From Nitrospirae bacterium MYbin3 (GTDB lineage: Bacteria; Nitrospirota; Thermodesulfovibrionia; Thermodesulfovibrionales; Dissulfurispiraceae), in contig PEAD01000008.1 of the NCBI GenBank assembly GCA_002753335.1, positions 1 through 64,000 of the forward strand: a DNA stretch of 64,000 nucleotides, given 5' to 3'. The notes below the pieces were generated by a model that saw only the letters and a program-made list of their open reading frames with translations, searched no databases and had not been told where the DNA came from. The first letter of the stretch is position 1; each line of letters starts with the position of its first letter. Below are positions 20,656 to 31,038 of this stretch, one piece after another. The position numbers were made by a program, and so were the translations under genes.

Positions 20656-20760
20656 TTAAAAGTATAACATGTTTGATTATGCTTATTAAAATCTGGTTTA
20701 AGACAGTTAAGGGCAACGCACTACATATAAATGCCTGCGATAAGGATAGGTCTCTTCCGT

Positions 20761-21720
20761 TCAAGTCAAATGAATGCCATTACAAAACACCGATTGCAAT
20801 TTCCCGGTATTTATAAAATCCTTATCAGCAAGTAGATAGTTTCCTTTTTCGATCTCATGCTCACCCATGCAGGCTGCGGTGAGTATCTTCTCAAGAGAAA
20901 TACCTGCTTTAGAAAAAAATCGCAACTCCTCAAAAAATGCTGCACCGTGCCTGACACCCTTTGAACCGCTGTCTGTCCCTACAGCAAGCGGCACACCGAT
21001 AGAAGCGGCATAGTTTAAAGCGATTAAATGATTCTCGACCACCTCATCAATAAGCTTTTTTATTTGCGGAGATGAGCCTTCGGACAAGGCTGCCATAGCA
21101 AAAATGGTCGGCGTCCATGAAGCTTTTTTCTCGGCCATCATATGCAATGTTTCTTTTGAAATAAAAAAACCGTGCTCAATTGACGATACTCCGGAAGCTA
21201 AAGCAACCCGTATTGCAGAATCGGAATTTGCGTGGCACTTGACCATAAGTCCATATTCGTTGGCTTCTTCGCATATAATTCGCAGCATTTCTGAATCGAA
21301 TCCTCCGGGAGTAACATAAGCGTTGTCTTTAAAATGAACTATTCCGGAGTTGACAATCTTAAGAAAATCGGCTCCGCTGTTCGCTATACCACGCACAGCC
21401 TCCTCTGCCTCACTCCTGTCCGAAACACCGATGCCGAGGAATACGCCGTAACCGCCTTTTTTATAGATGGCCCTGCCTGCAGTATTCACCTTCAGCAAAG
21501 AATTGTTCTCAAATAAAAGCGTTTTGGCTTCAAGTCCTATGCCGCTTTTGTGGCCGCAATCCATAACAGAGAGTATGCCACTGCCGATCATTGAACCTGC
21601 CGCCTTGACTATTTCTTCATTCCGGGCAGGTATGCCATCGACCGCAAAATGAATGTGTGAGTCTATGAACGGTGGGATTCTAATAAAATTACTCGCTAAA
21701 GAAGCGTTAAGTTCCGTCAT
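20761..21720 (-). CDS. Amidohydrolase family protein
   Basis: PFIDSHIH, KCHA, SIEHG, GTDSG metal-binding motifs. Confidence 0.85.
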   Translation of the reverse strand: MTELNASLASNFIRIPPFIDSHIHFAVDGIPARNEEIVKAAGSMIGSGILSVMDCGHKSGIGLEAKTLLFENNSLLKVNTAGRAIYKKGGYGVFLGIGVSDRSEAEEAVRGIANSGADFLKIVNSGIVHFKDNAYVTPGGFDSEMLRIICEEANEYGLMVKCHANSDSAIRVALASGVSSIEHGFFISKETLHMMAEKKASWTPTIFAMAALSEGSSPQIKKLIDEVVENHLIALNYAASIGVPLAVGTDSGSKGVRHGAAFFEELRFFSKAGISLEKILTAACMGEHEIEKGNYLLADKDFINTGKLQSVFCNGIHLT

Positions 21721-21769
21721 GTGATATACTTTTATCTATCAGTATTGTTTGTCAAGCAAAGGGGGCGAT

Positions 21770-22213
21770 TTGGGTTTAAATTCTCTCAAAAAACATATTT
21801 TTTATGAGTTCCTTAATCTTGCAGGAAGGGTATATATACTGGCCCGGCATTCCGAAAATGTTATTCTTGGCCATCGCGGATTTACTGCGGAGGAAAAAGA
21901 GAACGGCATCGTGCTGGTCTTCAACTCAAAAATGAATTTTCATTGGGACGATTACGGAATCACAGCTACGCTTGTATTCGGCACGTCGCCGCAAAAATGC
22001 TTTATACCCGTTGACGATATTATTGCGGTATCTTCACCCGATCTGGCCGCCCAATTTACTCTTAACCCAAATGCAGCACGCAACACAGAAACTCAAGACC
22101 TGCCTAGCCTTAAGCCAAGCCCTGCTCCCATTCAAAAGACGGCAAAAGAGTCTAAGCCTTCCCAAAACGTTATTAAAGTTGACTTCACAAAAAAGACAAA
22201 ATCGGAAGATTGA
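21770..22213 (+). CDS. ClpXP specificity-enhancing factor / stringent starvation protein B-like
   Basis: WDDYGITATLVFG...CFIPVDDI and C-terminal NVIKVDF tail; start uncertain (21749 or 21770). Confidence 0.65.
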   Translation: MGLNSLKKHIFYEFLNLAGRVYILARHSENVILGHRGFTAEEKENGIVLVFNSKMNFHWDDYGITATLVFGTSPQKCFIPVDDIIAVSSPDLAAQFTLNPNAARNTETQDLPSLKPSPAPIQKTAKESKPSQNVIKVDFTKKTKSED

Positions 22214-22250
22214 CATTAATCCCTAACGTACTGTACATCTTATTCAAAGG

Positions 22251-22472
22251 CAAGGATAAGTTTCTGGAGTGAATGCGAAGTTTGGGTAAAAGTTCTTTGC
22301 GAAATGCAGCGTTAAACAGCCGTGAGTGCCAAAGCACTCAATTTTGAGTACTCGGTCGAGCACCAAAGTTTTGGTGCTCTGATTTGAGGCCGAAGGCCGA
22401 GTTGCACGGCTGTAGCGAATTAGCATTTAGAACTTTCCAAACGTAGCCTTGAACGGAAGAAATTTATCCTTG
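22251..22472. repeat. Highly structured intergenic element (MITE/REP-like or ncRNA) with terminal inverted repeats
   Basis: CAAGGATAAGTTTCT / AGAAATTTATCCTTG ends; nested stems ACAGCCGTG/CACGGCTGT, GAGTGC-CAAA-GCACTC, GAGCACCAAA/TTTGGTGCTC; partial copies at 3519-3559 and 3915-3991. Confidence 0.8.
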
Positions 22473-22503
22473 GCATAATAACAGAATCTCAAACAACTTC
22501 GTA

Positions 22504-23160
22504 TTAAGCAATAAACTTTCCGTCTTTTAAAAGCAGTGTCCTGTCGGCGCGTGAGGCAAGGTCGTTGTTATGGGTAACCATCACAACGGTCAGGTTGTTT
22601 TTATGAAGAGATTTTAAGAGTTCGAAAATCTTTTCGCTGTTTTCGCTGTCCAGATTGCCTGTAGGTTCGTCCGCAAGAATAATCTCGGGCTCATTTACGA
22701 GCGCTCTTGCTATCGCAACCCGCTGCATCTCTCCACCACTCAACTGCTTGGGGTAGTGTTCAATGCGCTCCTTTAAACCAAGAAGTTCGATTGCCCTGAT
22801 AATTTTTCCTTTATCTATCGTCTGCCTGCTGAATACCAACGGAAGGGTTATATTGTCAAAAACAGTAAGCCCCGGCATTAAATAAAACTGCTGAAATACA
22901 AACCCGATCTTCTTGCGTCTTATCTGAACAAGCTTATTTTCGGGCATATTTTCGACAGCAACCCCATCTATAAGCAGACTGCCTTTTGAAGGCCTGTCCA
23001 GACATCCGAGAACATGCAGCAAAGAGGTCTTGCCCGAACCGGAAGGACCGACTATCGAAATAAACTCTCCCTTCGAAACCTTGAGGTCTATGCTTTTCAG
23101 GGCATGCACTTCTTCGGAACCGCGCAGATAGGTCTTTTCTATGCCTTTAAGTTCTATCAT
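22504..23160 (-). CDS. ABC transporter ATP-binding protein (LolD/MacB-like)
   Basis: [28 protein letters not shown]. Confidence 0.95.
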   Translation of the reverse strand: MIELKGIEKTYLRGSEEVHALKSIDLKVSKGEFISIVGPSGSGKTSLLHVLGCLDRPSKGSLLIDGVAVENMPENKLVQIRRKKIGFVFQQFYLMPGLTVFDNITLPLVFSRQTIDKGKIIRAIELLGLKERIEHYPKQLSGGEMQRVAIARALVNEPEIILADEPTGNLDSENSEKIFELLKSLHKNNLTVVMVTHNNDLASRADRTLLLKDGKFIA

Positions 23161-24314
23161 CCTTTTATCGCCTCGATCGGACTTATTTTTGCAGCCTTCC
23201 ATGAAGGATACAAGCCCGAAACTATGCCTACCTCAGAAACAAAAACAAGGCTTGCTGCAGCCAGAACAGGATCAAAATCAACCATGCTCCCGCTTGGGAT
23301 ATAAGGCATCGCCCTCCTGACAAATTTTTCTATAATGTCGCTGCCGGCAACCGCAAACACAATGCCGCTCAAGCCGCCAAAGAGAGTAAGGATTAAAGCC
23401 TCCTTCAGTATTATCCTGAATATGTCGGCCCTCGATGCGCCGATAGCCCGCATCATTCCTATTTCCTGAGTCCTTTCAAAAACAGCCATCAGCATAGAGT
23501 TCATAACGCCAACTGCGCTTACCAAAATTGTTATTATCGCAATAGAAAGACTCAACACCTTACCCGATGCAGCAAGATTGGATATGCTTGACATCACTTG
23601 ATTCATCGTCACAACCTGAATGCCCGGAACTATCTCTGCAAGTTCATCCGTTGTCTTTGCCAAGGTTTCTGGCGTTTTTACCTTTACTCCGATTGCTGTA
23701 GCGCCTGACGGTTTTTTAAGAATCGTTTGAAGGGTCTCAACCGGCATGTAAATAAACGCATCGTCCTGACTACCGGTCTTTTTGAGTATCCCCGACACCT
23801 TAAAAGAAACACCTGAATATGTCAGAACATCGCCTTTTTTGAGATTGTTATGGCTTGCGATTTCACTGCCGACTATTAACTCATTTCCTGTGGATGGAAT
23901 CTTACCGTCAAATTCCCAGTAGGGTTTTACGGCAGCAAGCCTGCTCATCTCCATACCATAAACCAGGTCAACGCGAAACTTTTCGGCATTTGGAAGCTGT
24001 GTCACAAGTATAGGCGTTGCAAAATCAACATCCTTCATCGCAACTATATTTTCCATAACCGACGTGTTCAGAAACTTCGGAATTACCGAACCGTGCAGTA
24101 CAAGCGAAGCAACCTCATGAGGACAGCCTGACGGCACAACCATAAAATGGATGCCGGTCCTTTGCAGCTCACGCGCAAGCCCTTTGCTGAAGCCTTTGTT
24201 AAAAGAAAGTATCGAAAACAGAACAGCAACCGAAGTGGCAATGCCTAATGCGGTAAGCAGGCTTCTTGTGCCATGTCTTCTCAAGTTTGCAACTGCCAGC
24301 TTTAAAAAAACCAC
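23157..24314 (-). CDS. ABC transporter permease (FtsX/MacB-like)
   Basis: RSLLTALGI, periplasmic domain, ERTQEIGMMRAIGA, PIEAIK; 4 TM helices. Confidence 0.92.
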   Translation of the reverse strand: MVFLKLAVANLRRHGTRSLLTALGIATSVAVLFSILSFNKGFSKGLARELQRTGIHFMVVPSGCPHEVASLVLHGSVIPKFLNTSVMENIVAMKDVDFATPILVTQLPNAEKFRVDLVYGMEMSRLAAVKPYWEFDGKIPSTGNELIVGSEIASHNNLKKGDVLTYSGVSFKVSGILKKTGSQDDAFIYMPVETLQTILKKPSGATAIGVKVKTPETLAKTTDELAEIVPGIQVVTMNQVMSSISNLAASGKVLSLSIAIITILVSAVGVMNSMLMAVFERTQEIGMMRAIGASRADIFRIILKEALILTLFGGLSGIVFAVAGSDIIEKFVRRAMPYIPSGSMVDFDPVLAAASLVFVSEVGIVSGLYPSWKAAKISPIEAIKG

Positions 24315-24670
24315 TATCTTACCTCAACGCCTTTCGCAAAAATCTGTAGCTCGTTCTGGACCACCTGAACCTGCCCGGTTACGGTAGATTGTTTGCCGAG
24401 CCGCGGCGGAAGCGTAAGGTTGCTCGGCGCAAGGTTTATAAACACCTGTCCGGTATCGTCCTGCAAAACAAACCAGCACCCGTTGGAGCCGCACTGTGAG
24501 GATATCTTGCCTTCAAGCGTAACATCCTTGCCTAAAAGCTTCATGTCCAGATAAATGTCTTTTACTTTTACCATAGGCGCATTTTTGTTTATATCAAAAC
24601 CATATTTTTCTACCGAACATCCGGCGAGAATAAATAGAACAAGCATTGCTGATGCGATTATCTTTCTCAT
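24314..24670 (-). CDS. Lipoprotein with OB-fold-like domain
   Basis: Lipobox LAGC; VTLEGKI..CGSNGCWF..DDTG. Confidence 0.75.
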   Translation of the reverse strand: MRKIIASAMLVLFILAGCSVEKYGFDINKNAPMVKVKDIYLDMKLLGKDVTLEGKISSQCGSNGCWFVLQDDTGQVFINLAPSNLTLPPRLGKQSTVTGQVQVVQNELQIFAKGVEVR

Positions 24671-24755
24671 ATCATACCTCTCGTTTTGTTTATGAGAAAT
24701 TTTAACCTTTGAGATGTGAAAAAATTATGAAGGGAGGTAGCCACATTGACTAAAC

Positions 24756-24794
24756 AAAGAGGACAGCAGCGGTTAATCCACTGCTGTCCTCTTT
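24756..24794 (-). terminator. Intrinsic terminator downstream of BON-domain gene
   Basis: AAAGAGGACAGCAG...CTGCTGTCCTCTTT 14-bp perfect stem with T tracts. Confidence 0.85.
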
Positions 24795-24809
24795 TGGAAA
24801 TTTTTTAAT

Positions 24810-25193
24810 CTAATTTTTCTTCGCAGGTTTTTCTTTTTTCTTAGCTGCTACTTTGAGTTCATTCTCGACCGATTTTACGCCCTTAACACCTTTGGCCATC
24901 TTTGTTGCTGCGCCTTTGGCCTGTGCTGTTTTGACCTCTCCTGTAAGCGTAACAACACCGTCAGTTGTGCTGACCTCAATCGGCGCATCTTTAAGGGAAG
25001 GGGCCTGCTTGAGCTTTAACTTTACCTCGGCCGTAAGCGCTGAGTCATCTGCTATAGCTGCAGCCTGCTCCTTTGCCTTGCCGATAGCCTTTTCTTTTGC
25101 TGCTGAAGTCGCATCCTTCAAATAGTCCTGCGCTCCGAAAGAGACAGAGACCATTGCCAAACACAAAACTAGAGCTGCAAACATTTTTTTCAT
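24810..25193 (-). CDS. BON-domain (OsmY-like) exported protein
   Basis: Signal peptide; DDSALTAEVK, IEVSTTDGVVTLTG, GVKSVENEL. Confidence 0.92.
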   Translation of the reverse strand: MKKMFAALVLCLAMVSVSFGAQDYLKDATSAAKEKAIGKAKEQAAAIADDSALTAEVKLKLKQAPSLKDAPIEVSTTDGVVTLTGEVKTAQAKGAATKMAKGVKGVKSVENELKVAAKKKEKPAKKN

Positions 25194-25222
25194 AAACGCC
25201 TCCAATAAATTTGATATCGCTT

Positions 25223-25251
25223 ATTCTAATTCCCCAAACTGCACTTGTCAA
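25223..25251 (-). promoter_or_regulatory. sigma70 promoter of BON-domain gene
   Basis: Minus strand TTGACA-N17-TAGAAT. Confidence 0.7.
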
Positions 25252-25279
25252 CACACGATTGTATAAAATCAGTAATTTC

Positions 25280-27424
25280 CTACAAAACCCTCAAAAGAAG
25301 TATAACCGCAATTAGAAATATGGCTATAGCCGCATAGAACGTCCACGGTGTTTTCTTTTCGGCAAAAGGATCTATCATAGGTCTTACCGAGCCTTCAGGC
25401 AGTTTTGCGACCTGCGTCAGGGCAGTTCCGAACGGTATGTTTATTCTAGGTCTGGAGTTTATAGCCCACCCGTTAGCATCGAGCAGAGGGCCGAGATTTC
25501 GCTGTCTTAATTTAAACCACGCTATCGCCATGGAGGGGCCTGATATAATAAGCAAAAGACCGGCAGCCACAAGAGGAACCTGCCACCAATCAAGACGCAG
25601 CAGCCCTGTTATAACTGAGGCCAGCGCAGTTCCTATAGCGCCAACAGCAAGGCCTATAGCCGCAAATATACCGGCAAATTTGCCGATGTCAAAACTCTGG
25701 GCTGGTGCCGGCTTGGGAACCTCAGCCTTCTGCACCGCCTGAGCTACAGAAGCGGCCATCTTATCCTGCACGCCTTTAGAACGCGAGGCGGCAAGCTTCA
25801 TAAGCTGCTCCCCCACCATCTTGCCCGCCTGTTTATAAGGCAGCCAGAAGGACTGCCTTACGCTTATAGGATTTTCGATTATCCGTACAAGCGTAGCATC
25901 CCAGTCCTGCCCCTTGCGGTCATAGAATATGCCGTTGCGCCCGGCTATCAGATGGTCCGAATCTCCGGCTGTGAAAGCAGCAACTATCGTCATCTTTTCG
26001 GCGCTGCCTTTACGGCTGCATTCGCAATATACCAGACAGATGCGGCTTAAGGATGCGAGCATTGCATGCTTATTAACATCTTCAACCTTTATGCAGAGTT
26101 CACAGCTCCTGCCGTCAAGATATAGTGTTCCGGCCTGAAAAACCGCTTTTTCCTTACGCGTATAAAAATCGCTGAACGAAACAAAATTATTAACCAGATG
26201 ATGAAGGTCTCTGCAATAACGCACCAATTTATCAACAGATGAAACCAATCCCACTTCACTTTCAAGAGCCTTGTCTTTTGCTATAAGCGAATCAATAGTA
26301 TGCTTATATTCTCCGGACAAAACCTCTTTTATCCTTGCTATACCAAGTCGTTCTACGGAACTTGCAGGCTTTTCGGTCTTCCATGCAAAATAAGCAGAAA
26401 ATTTCGATACCAACTCCTCCCACTCATTAAAAGAAAGACTGTCCTTATCTCCCAAAATCGGCAAAACAGCTTCTGCCCTGAATTTTTCAACTGACTCAGC
26501 CCATGCCGGATTCAGGCCTGCTTTAAGCGGCAACGGCCTGTCTTTGCCGGCCGTTGCTAAAGGAAGAGATAACACATACTCTGTTTCGGTTGATATTTCT
26601 TTTGATGCAAGATTCTGACGATCCGCCTCGGCAGGAAAAAGAGAACCCTCAAAACGATCGTCATACGCCGCAAGTCTGCAGCGAGTATAGTAGTCTTCGG
26701 CCTTGGCGCTGATCGCCTTAATGACATCAGCCGCTTTTTCTGTTGCCTCTCCTAAAATCAGTATTGAAGAATCTTTTTCTGTCTTTAGGCACCACTCGTT
26801 ATATGAGTTGAGTTCAGAAAAAAAGAGATCGGTTTTCTCCTGAGAGATACCGTCTGCTCCGCTCCTGTCGGTTTCTGCTCCAAGACAGACAATGATATCT
26901 CCGATAACCGTTCTTACACCTTCATCATCCGCAGCTTCAGGTGTTATTATTCCGTCGCCGTTAAACTTTGTGCCTGCAAATATAATTTCTTCTCCTGCTG
27001 TATCTTCAACGCTTATCATTTTAGCTTCAGGCCTGCCCAAACTCCTCAAAATCTCACGAGCAGATGCGAGCATCCGCCTGCCGTCTTCGGTGTCATCACG
27101 TATTGCCGAAAGCTGCACGCCTCTTGCGCCATTTACAAGAGTGTCAGGATTTTTCAGCATTGAGGCTGCCCAATTCACGGCATTTATTATTTCGGGCGCC
27201 CTGATATGGCCGTCACAATCACTATCTATCAGAGACAAGGTCTTAGAATCAAATTCAAGGTCTTTAACAGGGCAGCTGAGAGAAACCCATAGCTTCTGAT
27301 CCAAAGAAGCAAGCGCCAGCATATCCGCTCCTGTTTCTATGCAGACCTGATCAAAACCGCCTGCCCTGAAAAAGCGCCACTTGTAAGACTTTTTTTCGTT
27401 TCCTTTTTCTGGATATGCTGTCAT
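25280..27424 (-). CDS. Conserved hypothetical membrane protein with N-terminal EF-hand-like loop
   Basis: 714 aa; DSDCDGHIRAPE loop; C-terminal hydrophobic hairpin and terminal TM helix. Confidence 0.8.
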   Translation of the reverse strand: MTAYPEKGNEKKSYKWRFFRAGGFDQVCIETGADMLALASLDQKLWVSLSCPVKDLEFDSKTLSLIDSDCDGHIRAPEIINAVNWAASMLKNPDTLVNGARGVQLSAIRDDTEDGRRMLASAREILRSLGRPEAKMISVEDTAGEEIIFAGTKFNGDGIITPEAADDEGVRTVIGDIIVCLGAETDRSGADGISQEKTDLFFSELNSYNEWCLKTEKDSSILILGEATEKAADVIKAISAKAEDYYTRCRLAAYDDRFEGSLFPAEADRQNLASKEISTETEYVLSLPLATAGKDRPLPLKAGLNPAWAESVEKFRAEAVLPILGDKDSLSFNEWEELVSKFSAYFAWKTEKPASSVERLGIARIKEVLSGEYKHTIDSLIAKDKALESEVGLVSSVDKLVRYCRDLHHLVNNFVSFSDFYTRKEKAVFQAGTLYLDGRSCELCIKVEDVNKHAMLASLSRICLVYCECSRKGSAEKMTIVAAFTAGDSDHLIAGRNGIFYDRKGQDWDATLVRIIENPISVRQSFWLPYKQAGKMVGEQLMKLAASRSKGVQDKMAASVAQAVQKAEVPKPAPAQSFDIGKFAGIFAAIGLAVGAIGTALASVITGLLRLDWWQVPLVAAGLLLIISGPSMAIAWFKLRQRNLGPLLDANGWAINSRPRINIPFGTALTQVAKLPEGSVRPMIDPFAEKKTPWTFYAAIAIFLIAVILLLRVL

Positions 27425-27452
27425 ATCACCAAACCTCGCGCCGTTTTATATT

Positions 27453-27926
27453 TTATTCGATATCGAATTTTATGTTTTTAACAAGGCCGATAACATCCGC
27501 CTGCTTTTGCTGCTCGGTCTGCTCCTTTAATATATCGAAAAAGCCGTCCACCCTTATAACCCTGTCCCGAACAGAGCATAAGTATCTAAAGTATCGCATC
27601 GGTAGTTTCAGCATTATAGAAATCATATAAGGCTTTTCACCATTGACCAAAGATTCTTCGTTCCGGCTTAAACAGACATGCCCGATATATTTATCAATAT
27701 AAGTCCAGGTGGTATCCGGTTCTTCCCTCTCGGTAAAGCTGATTTGCATAGTAGAACTGCACTGAAGATCAATATTTGATTGTCCTTTCAGCTCGCCATA
27801 GAGAAACTGATGAACTTTCGTGCCTATCATTACAATGGCGGTTTCTGAAATAAACTTTTTACGGTCTTCCATACCGTAAAATACCGATTCTCCCCCAACA
27901 CTTGCCGAAATTATAAACTCAGCCAT
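27453..27926 (-). CDS. Hypothetical protein
   Basis: 157-aa ORF with GGGAGGA RBS, co-oriented upstream of the 714-aa gene; no motif recognised. Confidence 0.6.
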   Translation of the reverse strand: MAEFIISASVGGESVFYGMEDRKKFISETAIVMIGTKVHQFLYGELKGQSNIDLQCSSTMQISFTEREEPDTTWTYIDKYIGHVCLSRNEESLVNGEKPYMISIMLKLPMRYFRYLCSVRDRVIRVDGFFDILKEQTEQQKQADVIGLVKNIKFDIE

Positions 27927-27998
27927 GGCTTCCTCCCGGGCGGTAATTTATTGAGCAATAATAACATTTTTGCGTCATATGTGATAAATTTAAAGCAG

Positions 27999-29090
27999 AT
28001 GAAGCGATTTATTACATCAACCTTTATAACGCTGATATGTCTTGTCGGCATAACGGAGGCGGCTGATATGAACAAAAAGATTTTGCCTGAGAAGAAATCC
28101 GATACGGCCATATTTGCGGGAGGCTGCTTCTGGTGCATGCAGTACTCCTTTGACAAAGTAAAAGGTGTTTTATCAACAACCGTAGGATATACAGGCGGCA
28201 GCACAAAGAACCCGACATACGAAGAAGTATCATCAGGGTCTTCAGGACATGCCGAGGCTATAGAAGTTGTTTTCGATCCTTCGTTGGTCACTTATGCAGA
28301 ACTGCTCGATGTATTCTGGCAAAATATAGACCCAACAACCCCGAACAGACAGTTCAGCGATGCAGGCACGCAATACAGAACCGCAATCTTTTATCAGAAC
28401 GACGGGCAGAAAAAAGCCGCAATCGAGTCAAAAGAAAAGATGAATAAGTCAGGGGTATTCGAAAAACCGATAGTGACCGGAATCGTCCCTGCCGCAGCAT
28501 TTTACAAGGCCGAAGAGTATCACCAGAAATACTACGAGAAAAACCGGCTCAGGTACAAGGCTTACAGCTCAGGCTCGGGCAGAGAAAGCTATCTGAAAAA
28601 GATATGGGGTGAATCGGCCGACTCAAAACCGGTTCAGTCTGCACAGAAAAAATACGCCAAACCAAAAAAAGACGCGGTGAAAAAGAAGCTGACCCCTACG
28701 CAGTACAAAGTTACGCAGGAATGCGCAACAGAAAAGCCTTTTGACAACGAATACTGGAACAATAAGCGAGAAGGCATTTATGTTGATATCGTATCAGGAG
28801 AACCGCTTTTCAGTTCAACCGATAAGTTCGATTCGGGCACAGGATGGCCAAGCTTTATGCGGCCTATTAATGCGGCTAACATCGTTCAAAAGGAAGATAA
28901 GAGCTACGGGATGAGTCGGACAGAAGTAAAAAGCAAACATGGCGACTCGCATCTTGGACATCTGTTCAATGACGGGCCCGCACCAACAGGGCTTCGTTAT
29001 TGCATAAACTCAGCTTCACTGCGGTTTATCCCGAAAGAAAACCTCGAAAAAGAGGGCTACGGAGAATACAAAAAGATGTTTAAATATTGA
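27999..29090 (+). CDS. msrAB: Exported bifunctional peptide methionine sulfoxide reductase MsrA/MsrB
   Basis: Signal peptide (MKRF...TEA); [36 protein letters not shown]. Confidence 0.96.
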   Translation: MKRFITSTFITLICLVGITEAADMNKKILPEKKSDTAIFAGGCFWCMQYSFDKVKGVLSTTVGYTGGSTKNPTYEEVSSGSSGHAEAIEVVFDPSLVTYAELLDVFWQNIDPTTPNRQFSDAGTQYRTAIFYQNDGQKKAAIESKEKMNKSGVFEKPIVTGIVPAAAFYKAEEYHQKYYEKNRLRYKAYSSGSGRESYLKKIWGESADSKPVQSAQKKYAKPKKDAVKKKLTPTQYKVTQECATEKPFDNEYWNNKREGIYVDIVSGEPLFSSTDKFDSGTGWPSFMRPINAANIVQKEDKSYGMSRTEVKSKHGDSHLGHLFNDGPAPTGLRYCINSASLRFIPKENLEKEGYGEYKKMFKY

Positions 29091-29109
29091 GCTTCCCTAA
29101 AAAGACCTT

Positions 29110-30150
29110 TCAGCCAGAGATTACGCCGCCACCAATAACAGTATCTCCTTCATAAAAAACCGCGCTTTGACCCGGAGCCGGAGACCACTGCGGTTCGTCA
29201 AAAACTACCTTAACACCGCCATTGTCAGATATGCGAACAGTTGCGGGTTCATCCTTCATGGTAGAGCGCACTTTAACCGTTGCCCTAAAATCTTGTTCTT
29301 TCTTGTCTAGCCAAATTATATCGTTAACCCCGAATTCCCTCATCATCGCGGCTTCTTTCGGGCCTATGAAAATAAGGTTTTGCGCCGGGTCGATCCTAAC
29401 CACATACTGCGGCTTGCCAGTAGCGACTCCTAAACGCTTTCTCTGGCCGATAGTGTAAAGGTGGATGCCGGAATGCCTACCTATCGTCTTTCCGGTCTCT
29501 ATATCAACAACGCCGCCCTCTCTAGAATCGCTTACATTTTCGAGGTTTTTGAAATAATGCCTGTCGTCAATAAAGCATATCTCCTGACTCTCCGGTCTTT
29601 TGGCCGCAGGGAGATCAAGGCTTATCGCGATTTTTCTCACCTCATCCTTATTTTTTGCTCCGAGCGGAAGTTTCAGGCGACTTATGCACTCCCTGCCAAT
29701 AACATACAGCACATAGGATTGATCCTTCTTTGCATCTATGCCCTTTCTCAGAGCTGCTCCGTCTGTCTGTGCATAGTGGCCGGTAGAGATAAAAGCAGCA
29801 TTTCTCTGTTCGGCTGCTTTCAACAAATGAGGGAACTTGATATGTTTATTGCAAAGAATGCAGGGGTTCGGAGTAAGTCCTTTTGAATAGGCTTCGATAA
29901 AAGGTTCTATAACCTTTTGCATAAATTCGTCGCGCAGGTCTATTGCTGTATGGGAAACACCTAAGCACGCTGCGGTTCGTGCAGCATCGTTGATGGACTC
30001 TATCGAACAGCAGCCGGTAAAGGTATTTTTCATGCGGGCTTCATAAAGGATAAAGCTTATGCCCTCGACTTCGAAGCCTTCCTCTTTAAGCAACTGCGCA
30101 GTTACCGAGGAATCCACGCCGCCGCTCATTCCTACAACAACTTTTTTCAT
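29110..30150 (-). CDS. mnmA: tRNA-specific 2-thiouridylase
   Basis: MSGGVDSS, TPNPCILCN, TGHY, KDQSY, ESQEICF, TIGQRK, PGQSAVFY. Confidence 0.98.
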   Translation of the reverse strand: MKKVVVGMSGGVDSSVTAQLLKEEGFEVEGISFILYEARMKNTFTGCCSIESINDAARTAACLGVSHTAIDLRDEFMQKVIEPFIEAYSKGLTPNPCILCNKHIKFPHLLKAAEQRNAAFISTGHYAQTDGAALRKGIDAKKDQSYVLYVIGRECISRLKLPLGAKNKDEVRKIAISLDLPAAKRPESQEICFIDDRHYFKNLENVSDSREGGVVDIETGKTIGRHSGIHLYTIGQRKRLGVATGKPQYVVRIDPAQNLIFIGPKEAAMMREFGVNDIIWLDKKEQDFRATVKVRSTMKDEPATVRISDNGGVKVVFDEPQWSPAPGQSAVFYEGDTVIGGGVISG

Positions 30151-30198
30151 AGCTGTATGGGGATCATATGCAAAGCAAGCAGATAATGCGGCTAAGTA

Positions 30199-31038
30199 TC
30201 AAAGCCTGACAGGAACACCTTTATCAGAAAGGTATTTCTTGGCTTCACCGATAGTGTATTCCCTATAGTGAAAAATTGAGGCTGCGAGCACAGCATCGGC
30301 TTTGCCGTAAACAACGCCTTCATAGAGATGTTCAAGATTGCCGACACCGCCAGACGCGATTACAGGAATCGATACAGCTTCAGACACCGCCTTTGTTAGA
30401 TCGAGGTCATAACCGTCTTTAGTGCCGTCCCTGTTCATGCTGGTAAGCAGTATCTCGCCGGCACCGAGTTCTTCCATCTTTCTGGCCCATTTTACCGCAT
30501 TGATGAGTTTCATCTTTCTGCCGCCGTGTGTTGAAAGCGCCCACTGCGGTGATGAACAGGACAAATCGAGGCAAACCTCTTTAAGCGATGCGTCCGAAAA
30601 CCAATCTTCGACTGTTGCTTCGGACATATTGTCAGATACCCTTTTCGCATCTATCGCAACAACTATACATTGTGTGCCAAACCTTTCAGCAGCCTTGCTG
30701 ATAAAATAAGGGTCTTTTACGGCGGTTGTATTTATCGAAACCTTGTCGCACCCCGAATTAAGGAGGTCTCTTATGTCTTCTAAAGTTTTAATTCCACCGC
30801 CAACGGTCAGAGGCATAAAAACATCGGTGGCGGTTTTTTCGACAACATCGAGAATAATTTTTCTTTTTTCATGCGAAGCGGTGATATCCAGAAACACAAG
30901 CTCATCAGCACCCTGCTCATCATAAAAAATAGCATTCTCTACAGGGTCGCCGGCATCAGTGATATTGAGAAAGTTTACGCCTTTAACAACACGGCCGTCT
31001 CTTACATCGAGACATGGGATTATGCGCTTGGCAAGCAA
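30199..31038 (-). CDS. hisF: Imidazole glycerol phosphate synthase cyclase subunit
   Basis: [38 protein letters not shown]; carries an extra internal loop. Confidence 0.98.
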   Translation of the reverse strand: MLAKRIIPCLDVRDGRVVKGVNFLNITDAGDPVENAIFYDEQGADELVFLDITASHEKRKIILDVVEKTATDVFMPLTVGGGIKTLEDIRDLLNSGCDKVSINTTAVKDPYFISKAAERFGTQCIVVAIDAKRVSDNMSEATVEDWFSDASLKEVCLDLSCSSPQWALSTHGGRKMKLINAVKWARKMEELGAGEILLTSMNRDGTKDGYDLDLTKAVSEAVSIPVIASGGVGNLEHLYEGVVYGKADAVLAASIFHYREYTIGEAKKYLSDKGVPVRL

